This document shows positions 17,662-24,904 of a stretch of 35,101 nt of DNA, piece after piece. Under the pieces are notes generated by a model, which had not been told where the DNA came from, ran no database searches, and was given only the letters and a program-made list of their open reading frames with translations. Source of the stretch: an uncultured Pirellula sp. (GTDB lineage: Bacteria > Planctomycetota > Planctomycetia > Pirellulales > Pirellulaceae); assembly GCA_964464255.1 (NCBI GenBank), contig CAYXFO010000003.1, positions 1-35,101 of the forward strand, in the 5' to 3' direction. The translations under genes and the position numbers were made by a program. Within the stretch, counting starts at the first letter, position 1, and each line of letters opens with the position of its first letter.

Positions 17662-18963
17662 CTATGATTGCCAATTCCTAAACGGCCGGGAACGAAGCAG
17701 GTTCGCATCGCTATCGTTCACAAACTCCTCCTTGATCGGGTCGATCGTCAACTTGCGTTTCAGGATCCAGGCGATCGCTGCAGCATGGCAAGCGATATGG
17801 GACTTGCGCATGATGTCTTCGTTCGCGGCGGTTCTCCCTCGAGAACGCATGCAGTCAAAGAAATTGCGTGCGTGTTCGTGGACGTCCAGCCCGCGCGAAC
17901 GTTTGATTTGTTCGGTGATCTCCCCTTGCAATGCTTCGGGAGTAGCGACAATCTCCCCGGAATCCCCTGTCTCGACCGAACCGGCTTCGCCGACGAATCG
18001 GACGGGACAGGTTCCCAGTCGCGTGATGTAATGAGGCGAGCGGTCGCCGAACGGCTGGGCCAGAAAATCGATGACCAGTTTCACGCCGTTGGCATAGGTG
18101 CAGACGATATTGTTTTCGGTCGGTTCGTATTCGATCGGCATGGTGTCGTCGGCTTGGTTGGCCCATTGGCAGAGGTCGACGGTATGGGCACCCCAGTCGA
18201 GGAGTTTGGCGCCTGAATCGAAGTCCCACAATCCGCGCCAACTGCCATCGCAGTAGGCTTGATTGAAGGGACGCCACGGTGCGGGACCTAGCCACAAATT
18301 CCAATCGACCACGTCGCGCGCGGGTTGAGGTTGTGCGGGCAACCAAGCATTGTCGAGCGATGGGATATAGATCGAGGCGTGAAGCGTCTTCAGTTTGCCG
18401 AGCTTGCCACTGTGGGCCCATTCGACTGCCTTTTGAAAGTTTGCGACGCTGCGCCGCTGGGTCCCTGCTTGGAAGACTCGTTTGTGGCGATGCATCGTAT
18501 CGGCGAGCTGTTGGCAAGCCCCGATGGTGATTCCGCATGGCTTCTCGCTGTAGACATCTTTGCCAGCTTCGGCCGCGAGGATGGAGGCGGCCGAGTGCCA
18601 GCGATCGCCTGTTGCGACAAGTACGGCATCGATATCTTTGCGCGCAAGCAATTCACGCAGATCGCGATAGAGAACACAGTCTTGGTTGCCATAGGCTTCA
18701 TCGACCAGCTTCTTGCCTGCTTCACGGCGCGTGGCTTGCACATCTGCGATCGCAATGCAGCGGACGTCCTTCATGGGAAAGATCGCTCCGAGGTCATATT
18801 TGCATCGAGGTCCGATCCCAATAACGCCCAGTTGGATACGGTCGTTGGGTGATGCCTGACCGGATCGGGCCAGGACATGGGACGGGACAAACGTCGCGAC
18901 TGCGGAGGCGGTCGCGGCGGTTTTCAAAAACGTCCTACGCGAGGGTGAGTTCATCGGCATCAT
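17662..18963 (-). CDS. TAT-exported Gfo/Idh/MocA family oxidoreductase
   Basis: SRRTFLK TAT signal, LGVIGIG Rossmann motif, DVYSEKP, FQAGTQRRS, DWNLWLGPAP and LDWGAHTVD. Start near ATG 18963. Confidence 0.92.
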   Translation of the reverse strand: MMPMNSPSRRTFLKTAATASAVATFVPSHVLARSGQASPNDRIQLGVIGIGPRCKYDLGAIFPMKDVRCIAIADVQATRREAGKKLVDEAYGNQDCVLYRDLRELLARKDIDAVLVATGDRWHSAASILAAEAGKDVYSEKPCGITIGACQQLADTMHRHKRVFQAGTQRRSVANFQKAVEWAHSGKLGKLKTLHASIYIPSLDNAWLPAQPQPARDVVDWNLWLGPAPWRPFNQAYCDGSWRGLWDFDSGAKLLDWGAHTVDLCQWANQADDTMPIEYEPTENNIVCTYANGVKLVIDFLAQPFGDRSPHYITRLGTCPVRFVGEAGSVETGDSGEIVATPEALQGEITEQIKRSRGLDVHEHARNFFDCMRSRGRTAANEDIMRKSHIACHAAAIAWILKRKLTIDPIKEEFVNDSDANLLRSRPFRNWQS

Positions 18964-19014
18964 GAGAGGTTCCTCTTTGGGGGTTGCTTCGATCAAGAGG
19001 TGGATCCGATTTTC

Positions 19015-19023
19015 AGTATACCA
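19015..19023 (-). promoter_or_regulatory. Extended -10 promoter candidate (TGGTATACT) for the Gfo/Idh/MocA-uvrA-recO-bamD-lptE-lspA run
   Basis: TGn-TATACT on the minus strand about 50 nt upstream of the start codon. No recognisable -35. Confidence 0.35.
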
Positions 19024-19050
19024 CAACCCCGCCGGGACACTCCCCGGCGC

Positions 19051-19093
19051 TCGGATCGATCCGACTCTGATCAGACCGATCGGACTGATCCGA
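19051..19093. repeat. Cluster of near-abutting GATC-centred palindromes
   Basis: TCGGATCGATCCGA (19051-19064), TCTGATCAGA (19066-19075), CCGATCGG (19076-19083) and a further GATCCGA (19087-19093). Confidence 0.75.
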
Positions 19094-19130
19094 ACAATCC
19101 CCGAATTGCTAGCAAACAATTAGGTGGGTG

Positions 19131-19162
19131 GCACGCATTACAGTTTGCACGCATTACAGTTT
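19131..19162. repeat. Perfect 16-bp tandem direct repeat, 2 copies (GCACGCATTACAGTTT)
   Basis: Identical copies at 19131-19146 and 19147-19162 in intergenic DNA. Confidence 0.9.
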
Positions 19163-19218
19163 AGGAGAATAACGAGCGGCGAGCCGCCCAGTTGCTGGTC
19201 GCTTTCTCACGAAACGCA

Positions 19219-19244
19219 GAGAGCCCGGATTTCTCCGGGCTCTC
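19219..19244 (-). terminator. Hairpin, probable intrinsic terminator of the 75-aa gene
   Basis: 11-bp perfect stem GAGAGCCCGGA/TCCGGGCTCTC with a GAAA loop on the minus strand, about 45 nt after the stop at 19289. The U-tract is weak (TGCGTTT). Confidence 0.6.
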
Positions 19245-19288
19245 GCATGATTCCTGACGGGACTTAGTACTTCCCGCGTTCAGATCGC

Positions 19289-19516
19289 CTACTCGCGCGG
19301 ACGAATCGCGCCGGTGAGACCGCTGTAGTCGACGCGGTCGTCATTGTGCCAAAGTGGTTGGCCCAACTCGACCCGCTTTCGGAGCACTTCGATCTTCTCC
19401 TGCGATCCGGCAGGTGCGTCTGTTGGCAAGAAGTGCAGATCAACGATCGGATCGAAATCCTCGTCGTGTCCATACTTCAAAATCGCCTCAAAAACGTTTT
19501 TGCACAAATTGCTCAT
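19289..19516 (-). CDS. Small conserved hypothetical protein (75 aa), planctomycete-type PTxAPAGSxEK...GxPLWH motif
   Basis: MSNLCKNVFEAILKYGHDEDF...PTDAPAGSQEKIEVLRKRVELGQPLWHNDDRVDYSGL. GAGG upstream of ATG 19516. Flanked by promoter and terminator candidates. Confidence 0.75.
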   Translation of the reverse strand: MSNLCKNVFEAILKYGHDEDFDPIVDLHFLPTDAPAGSQEKIEVLRKRVELGQPLWHNDDRVDYSGLTGAIRPRE

Positions 19517-19524
19517 TGCCGTTG

Positions 19525-19550
19525 CTGACCTCTCTCGCTCACCTCTCTCG
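19525..19550 (-). repeat. 13-bp tandem repeat CGAGAGAGGT(G/C)AG x2 in the 5' leader of the small gene
   Basis: Plus-strand CTGACCTCTCTCG (19525-19537) and CTCACCTCTCTCG (19538-19550), one mismatch. Confidence 0.75.
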
Positions 19551-19611
19551 GCGAGGGAGAAATCCTCCTCCAAAACCAAAAAAACTTGTCTAGAATTTCA
19601 CACCGTGCTGG

Positions 19612-19639
19612 ATTATTTCCAATGCATCTCGAAAGTCAA
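19612..19639 (-). promoter_or_regulatory. Sigma70-like promoter TTGACT-16-AATAAT
   Basis: -35 at 19639-19634 and -10 at 19617-19612, about 95 nt upstream of the small gene. Confidence 0.5.
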
Positions 19640-19901
19640 GGATTTTATTGGCGGAACTTTTACTCGACCTCTTCCAAGGCCCCATTCTGACGCTCAGGGG
19701 GAGCTTGACGAACAGGTAATCTTTGATCCGCACCGACGCTAATTGGAACATGATGCCCCAAGACATCGATGTTAAGGGAGAATGAAACCCCATTGCTCGG
19801 TTTTGAGTCCTGGAACCGCTGGCAAGCGAGTCGCTTGAAGGAATCGTCGAAGCACGGGAAAAAGTTTCCAAGTCTGCGACAAAATATTCCTCGTTGAAGG
19901 C

Positions 19902-21740
19902 TTACAGGTAACGGGACAGCGGGTCCCCGCGTGATGCCAAAGCATCGATCTTGCGAGTCACCTCTGGGTCCTCAACGAGTGGGGGTGCATGACGTGGCTT
20001 GCGCCGTGCATCGATCACCAGCGGACCACTGCAGCACCAATGCTTGTCTTCGATCCGCTGACCGACTCCTCGAATGTCGGTTGCGGGATTGCTTCGGGTA
20101 AAGGTGACCCAAAGGAAGTTATTCAACGTCTTGGCCGCGAATTCTGGGTCATCGACAACTACCATGCATGCGATCCCCTGCCATGTGCTATCGGCTCGAA
20201 CCCCCTCCTCGAGCGACTCCAACAGCGACTCGATCGTTCGATCGCCGATCCCGACTGCGAGCACACCCGGCATGCACAGGTGAGCGGCACTTGCGACGTG
20301 TTGAATCGGACCCATATTGGGCAACTCTTTCGCGAGTGTACGTCGTGGAGCCCCGCCCGCTGCGATCACCACCTTGGACCCTCGATTCAGGGAATCGCCT
20401 GAGTAATCCAGGGTGTCGATGGTGGTCCTGGTCTGAAAGTGAAGACCTGACTCGAAATCGAGTCGCTCCCAAACCCATTGCAGAAAAGAACCGATGTCAT
20501 GGGCCTTGAGGTCTGGATGCTGGGTCCCATCGGCGATGATCAAGTACTTGGCCAGCGACATCTGTCCTTGCCCTAAAATCGCGTTGGCCTGGGTCAGCAG
20601 TTCCTGGGGCCGGTCGGGTTTGGCGTAGGGGGTGTACCGCTCGCTGCCGACGGCTAACAACAGCGGGTGAACCCCGGCCGCATCGACCGCATGAACCTCG
20701 CGCACTCCGGGAAGAACCGTCGGGATGATCGGGCCGGTGAGCTCGTGGATCAAGGCTCCGAAGGTTGTGTCCTCCTGCGGGGGTCGACCCACCACGGTGA
20801 ACGGCCAAATCGCACCTGGGCGATGAGATACTCCAGTAATGGTCATCCACGGAAATGGATGCTGGCGAGCGTAGTAGCCAAGGTGGTCTCCGAATGGGCC
20901 CTCGGGCTTCAGTGTCTTGGGATCGACAACGCCGCGAATGGCGAAGTCGGCATCGCCATAGATCGGGGCGTGACCTGGGCCGACGATCATCGGGATCCGA
21001 TGTCCCGCCATCGCACCGGCAAAGGTCAGCTCACTCAAACCTTCGGGCAGCGGCATGACCGCCGAAAGAGTCATGGCAGGAGTCCCACCGACGGTGATCG
21101 TGACGGGAAAGGGAAGCCCTCGCTCGAGCGCCTTCTGATGATGGATGCCGATCCCTCGATGCAATTGATAATGCAAACCGATCTCGCGATCAGGTTGGTA
21201 CTCGTTGCCGCTCAGTTGAATGCGGTACATCCCCAGATTGCACTGCGTGAGGGATGGTCGCGAACCGGTCTCCGGAGGTTCTTGACTCAAGACCTGCGGC
21301 AATGTGACAAAGGAGCCGCCATCATCAGGCCATGAAATCAACTGCGGTAACTGAGATAGCGATATCGGCTGGGACATGACGGGTCCGGATCGGACCTGCT
21401 TGGGAAGCATGGTCCATGCTGTCCAAGGAGCACTCGCATACCGCAGCGGATTGCGAAAGAAGGCGTTGGGATCAATCTTCAATTCGATCGCGCGTCGAAC
21501 TCGATCGATCGTCGAACGAAACAAGAAGCGTGCTTGATCGAGGGTCCCAAACAGATTGCTCACCATGGGAAACGAGGTTCCCTGCGGTCGCGTGAAAAGA
21601 ACAGCTGGACCACCGCGCGCGTAAACCCTGCGTTGAACTTCAGCGATTTCCAGCCGCGGTGAAAGAGGTTCGTGGACTTCGATGAGCCGTCCGTGACGCT
21701 TTAAATCCTCAACAACATCTCGCGTGCTGCGATATTGCAT
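19902..21740 (-). CDS. UbiD-family (prFMN-dependent) decarboxylase, long ~612-aa form
   Basis: SNLFGT, WPDDGGSFVTLP, NLGMYRIQ, EGPFGDHLGYY and TVVGRPPQED. True start is ATG 21740 (MQYRST), which overlaps the ACP stop (TGATG). Confidence 0.92.
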   Translation of the reverse strand: MQYRSTRDVVEDLKRHGRLIEVHEPLSPRLEIAEVQRRVYARGGPAVLFTRPQGTSFPMVSNLFGTLDQARFLFRSTIDRVRRAIELKIDPNAFFRNPLRYASAPWTAWTMLPKQVRSGPVMSQPISLSQLPQLISWPDDGGSFVTLPQVLSQEPPETGSRPSLTQCNLGMYRIQLSGNEYQPDREIGLHYQLHRGIGIHHQKALERGLPFPVTITVGGTPAMTLSAVMPLPEGLSELTFAGAMAGHRIPMIVGPGHAPIYGDADFAIRGVVDPKTLKPEGPFGDHLGYYARQHPFPWMTITGVSHRPGAIWPFTVVGRPPQEDTTFGALIHELTGPIIPTVLPGVREVHAVDAAGVHPLLLAVGSERYTPYAKPDRPQELLTQANAILGQGQMSLAKYLIIADGTQHPDLKAHDIGSFLQWVWERLDFESGLHFQTRTTIDTLDYSGDSLNRGSKVVIAAGGAPRRTLAKELPNMGPIQHVASAAHLCMPGVLAVGIGDRTIESLLESLEEGVRADSTWQGIACMVVVDDPEFAAKTLNNFLWVTFTRSNPATDIRGVGQRIEDKHWCCSGPLVIDARRKPRHAPPLVEDPEVTRKIDALASRGDPLSRYL

Positions 21741-22000
21741 CAGGCCGCAACGATATCGCGCATCTTTGGCTCGAGATACGTCACGGTCGATGACATGCTG
21801 GCCAAGTGACCGTAATCCTCCTCGGGAATCTGAACGCGATGTCGCTTGCGAAGCTCCATCACAATGTCGAGGAAGTCCATGCTGTCGAGTTCGAGTTGTT
21901 CGCGGAACGACTTGCCGTCGTCCAAGTCGGATAGATCTTCGTCGGGAGCAATGTCGCTGAGAATGTCGAGGATCTCGTCTCGGATTTCTGCAGGTGTCAT
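21740..22000 (-). CDS. Acyl carrier protein
   Basis: 86-aa acidic protein MTPAEIRDEILDIL...QLELDSMDFLDIVMEL...IPEED, with the phosphopantetheine Ser in LDSM. Confidence 0.93.
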   Translation of the reverse strand: MTPAEIRDEILDILSDIAPDEDLSDLDDGKSFREQLELDSMDFLDIVMELRKRHRVQIPEEDYGHLASMSSTVTYLEPKMRDIVAA

Positions 22001-22059
22001 GAATAGGGGACTCCGGGTGAAGTTGCAACGTATGAACAAGTTTGCCCGTGTGCAACGGT

Positions 22060-23319
22060 TTAGAAGCGACGGACGATCAAGACCGAATTGATTCCCAACA
22101 TCCCGAAGGAGTTGTTGAGGATGTAATCGACCTGGCCCAATGGCTCCGGTTCGTTGAGGACCAGTCCATCGATCGCACACGTCTCGTCCAAATTGTCCAC
22201 ATTTATTGTGGCATGGCAAACCCTGTCCTGAAAGGAAGGGAGATTCCCGGCCAATTCCAAGGCTCCCGCCGCACCCATGGCGTGGCCGATGAAGCTCTTG
22301 GTGTTGTTGAATCGGACCCCGGAACAGCCGGAAAACGCGTTCCTGAGAGCCTCGCATTCCTGGTTATCGCCGCTGGTGGTCCCCGTGGCGTGGGTACTGA
22401 CAATCTGGATTTGATCGGGGGTCAGCCCGCCTCGTTTCAGGGCCAATTGCACGCATTGAGCCTGGCGTTCGGGGTTCGGGAGGACAAAGTCGGTGGCATC
22501 GGTGTTGATGGCATAGGAAACGATCTCAGCCAGGATATTCGCCGATCGGGCCTTGGCGTCCGAGAGTCGCTCGAGAATGTACAGGCTTCCACCCTCGGCA
22601 ACGACGATTCCGGTCCGATCTTTGTCGAATGGGCGAGAGGCCTTGGTCGGATCGCTGTGGTTAGCCAGTGCCCCCTGCGATTTGAACGAGGCAAAGATAC
22701 CGAATGTGTGGATGCTCTCCGACACTCCCCCTGCGATCGCTAAGTCGCATTCGCCCAGACGCAGCATCTGCACCCCTTGGATAATCCCTGCATTGCCCGC
22801 CGCGCACGCCGCTCCAATCGTGTAGTGCGGTCCGGTGATGCCGAGATTGAGAGCGACTTCGCCGGCAGGATTGTTCGCGACGGTACGAGGGTTGTGGTGG
22901 TGCGACCAGTAGGTGGTGTCGTAATCGTACCCTTTGATCGAATAGATTTCGTTCTCGGTCTCCACGTTGCCATGTTCGGTGATTCCGACATAAATGCCAA
23001 CGCGCGACTTGTCCACGTTGGCCCAATCCACACCGCTGCGCGCGATCGCTTCGTGAGCGCACCAGATACCGATGGTCCCTGCACGGGTCCCTCGGCGCAT
23101 GTCGCGACGGCTTTGATATTTCGTCGCTTCGAAATCGCAAACACCAGCCAGCGTGTCGCCGACATAGCGAATGTTGTAGGCTTGCACGCCGCTGCGACCA
23201 GCCAACAACGCTGCTCGATAATCCTCCAGGTTGTTGCCGTTCGGGCTGGTCAAGCCAACGGCGGTCATGACAACTCGCTGGTCGTCCGGCAAGTCCGCAG
23301 TTCGATCCCGAAAAGCCAT
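22060..23319 (-). CDS. fabF: Beta-ketoacyl-ACP synthase (FabF/KAS II family)
   Basis: Cys-His-His triad (AACAAG, HATGT, KSFIGHAMGAAG), SRPFDKDRTG..EGG and NNSFGMLGINS. Confidence 0.9.
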   Translation of the reverse strand: MAFRDRTADLPDDQRVVMTAVGLTSPNGNNLEDYRAALLAGRSGVQAYNIRYVGDTLAGVCDFEATKYQSRRDMRRGTRAGTIGIWCAHEAIARSGVDWANVDKSRVGIYVGITEHGNVETENEIYSIKGYDYDTTYWSHHHNPRTVANNPAGEVALNLGITGPHYTIGAACAAGNAGIIQGVQMLRLGECDLAIAGGVSESIHTFGIFASFKSQGALANHSDPTKASRPFDKDRTGIVVAEGGSLYILERLSDAKARSANILAEIVSYAINTDATDFVLPNPERQAQCVQLALKRGGLTPDQIQIVSTHATGTTSGDNQECEALRNAFSGCSGVRFNNTKSFIGHAMGAAGALELAGNLPSFQDRVCHATINVDNLDETCAIDGLVLNEPEPLGQVDYILNNSFGMLGINSVLIVRRF

Positions 23320-23367
23320 GGCACTAAGTTCCTGAAGTTATCAACGATCTCGAGAGACAAGACCTCG

Positions 23368-23396
23368 AAGCTAGCCTGGGCAAGATGATTTTGCAA
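23368..23396 (-). promoter_or_regulatory. Sigma70-like promoter TTGCAA-17-TAGCTT for fabF-acp-ubiD
   Basis: -35 at 23396-23391 and -10 at 23373-23368, about 50 nt upstream of the fabF ATG. Confidence 0.45.
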
Positions 23397-23419
23397 GCTA
23401 CGCCGCGAGGATCGACATG

Positions 23420-24775
23420 CTAAAGGACCGCATGCTGAATGAAATAGACAACAATCCCCGCGACATATCCAGCTAATGCTAGCGGCGCGATCCGCTTGAA
23501 ATACCAAAAGAAATCAATGCGTTCCAGCCCCATGGCAGCAACTCCTGCCGCCGATCCGATGATCAAGCAACTACCACCAGTACCGCCGCAATAAGCCAGC
23601 AACATCCAGAACGAATCGTTCTTGACATTGGTCGCCGAATACATCTCGATCCCGGCGGCCACCAGCGGCACGTTATCGACCACTGCGGACACCAGCCCGA
23701 TGATGATGGCGATTGCCGATTGATTTTGTACCGTGGCTTGTAACCACTGCGCCAAATTCGTGAGCACGTTGGTGGCACCCAGTGAACCGACCGCGAGCAG
23801 GATTCCCAGAAAGAACAACACGCTCGACATGTCGATCCTTCGCAGAGCCGACAGGACACCGGTGCTGCTGCGGGTTCGTTCATCCATCGTGTGAGACACG
23901 ATCTCGGATGCCAGCCATAACGTTCCGAGAGCCAACATCATTCCCATAAAGGGGGGCAAGTGAGTGAATGTTTTAAAGATTGGAACACTCAACAATCCGA
24001 GCACTCCCAAAGCAAGGAATAGAGCCTTATGCCAACCCTCGATACTCTTTTCTTCCTCCGATTCCTTTGGATGCGACCCCTCTTCCAAACTCCCTTTCAA
24101 CCGTGGAGTGATTAGCAGCAGAGGAACCAACAGACATGCAACACTGGCCAAGAACAGATCGCGAATGACTTCCCATTCCCCGATCTTGTTCTTCATCCAG
24201 ATCATGGTGGTGGTCACGTCACCGATCACAGTCCATGCCCCACCCGCATTGGCAGCGATGACGATCATCCCGACGAAGAAGAGCCGTGTCTCGCGATCGG
24301 GAACCATTTTCCGCAGCACCGAGATCATGACGATGGTTGTCGTCAAATTATCTAGTACCGCAGACATAAAGAACGCTAACCATGACACAATCCAAAGGAG
24401 CTTGGCAGGTTTGTCAGCATGGATGTAGCGTGTGATCAACGAAAAGCCTTCGTGAGCATCGACCAATTCGACGATCGTCATTGCGCCGATCAGGAAGAAC
24501 AAAATCCCCGCCGTCTCGGCGAACCCGTGCATCAATTGGCCATCGACCAGAAAGTGCAGTTTTTCACTCAGAGCGTCCCCTTCTCCAGCAGCGTGCGAGC
24601 CGTGCCAAGCGTCGAACAATTCCTGAGGGACTAGCTGCGAATAGTTCAACGCGTAGACGGTCCAACACAGAACCCCGGTCAACAATGCGCTGGCCGCTTT
24701 ATTGACATGGATTTGGTGCTCGAGCGCGATGGCCAGATAACCGATAACGAATATCGCAATGATGATGCTGAGCAT
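23420..24775 (-). CDS. nhaD: Na+/H+ antiporter NhaD family
   Basis: VNKAASAL, GAMTIVELVDAHEGF, SAVLDNLTTTIV, AANAGGAWTVIGDVTT, SAVVDNVPLVAA and IIGSAAGVAAMG. Confidence 0.92.
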   Translation of the reverse strand: MLSIIIAIFVIGYLAIALEHQIHVNKAASALLTGVLCWTVYALNYSQLVPQELFDAWHGSHAAGEGDALSEKLHFLVDGQLMHGFAETAGILFFLIGAMTIVELVDAHEGFSLITRYIHADKPAKLLWIVSWLAFFMSAVLDNLTTTIVMISVLRKMVPDRETRLFFVGMIVIAANAGGAWTVIGDVTTTMIWMKNKIGEWEVIRDLFLASVACLLVPLLLITPRLKGSLEEGSHPKESEEEKSIEGWHKALFLALGVLGLLSVPIFKTFTHLPPFMGMMLALGTLWLASEIVSHTMDERTRSSTGVLSALRRIDMSSVLFFLGILLAVGSLGATNVLTNLAQWLQATVQNQSAIAIIIGLVSAVVDNVPLVAAGIEMYSATNVKNDSFWMLLAYCGGTGGSCLIIGSAAGVAAMGLERIDFFWYFKRIAPLALAGYVAGIVVYFIQHAVL

Positions 24776-24904
24776 GGATCCTCAAGGAGTTGGATGGCGG
24801 CGCGAGAAGCGTATCCTGTGGACAAGGGATCGTAATCCATGCGCCCTTTTTTTCCAACCGACCGAGTCAGCAAGAACAGGGTTTTTGGTATCCTAGGAAC
24901 CCTT

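Noticed and set aside
18964-19119. N-terminal extension of the oxidoreductase ORF
   Set aside because: The TAT motif should be near the N-terminus, and the extension spans promoter and palindrome sequence.
19131-19162. Tandem repeat considered as a mini-CRISPR
   Set aside because: Only two abutting 16-bp copies with no spacer, and no cas genes in the window.
19590-19871. 93-aa minus-strand ORF in the ubiD-small gene gap, or a possible ncRNA there
   Set aside because: Non-ATG start, no motif, and it overlaps the predicted promoter. I could not recognise any RNA family structure; an Rfam scan would be needed.
21741-22357. ORF-track extensions of UbiD (to 22055) and ACP (to 22357) suggesting fusions
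   Set aside because: They overlap the ACP and fabF genes in other frames; family-consistent starts are 21740 and 22000.
10697-24775. Two cation/H+ antiporters (CPA2 and NhaD) as a salt or pH island
   Set aside because: They are about 11 kb apart in unrelated transcription units, with no evidence of linkage or horizontal acquisition.
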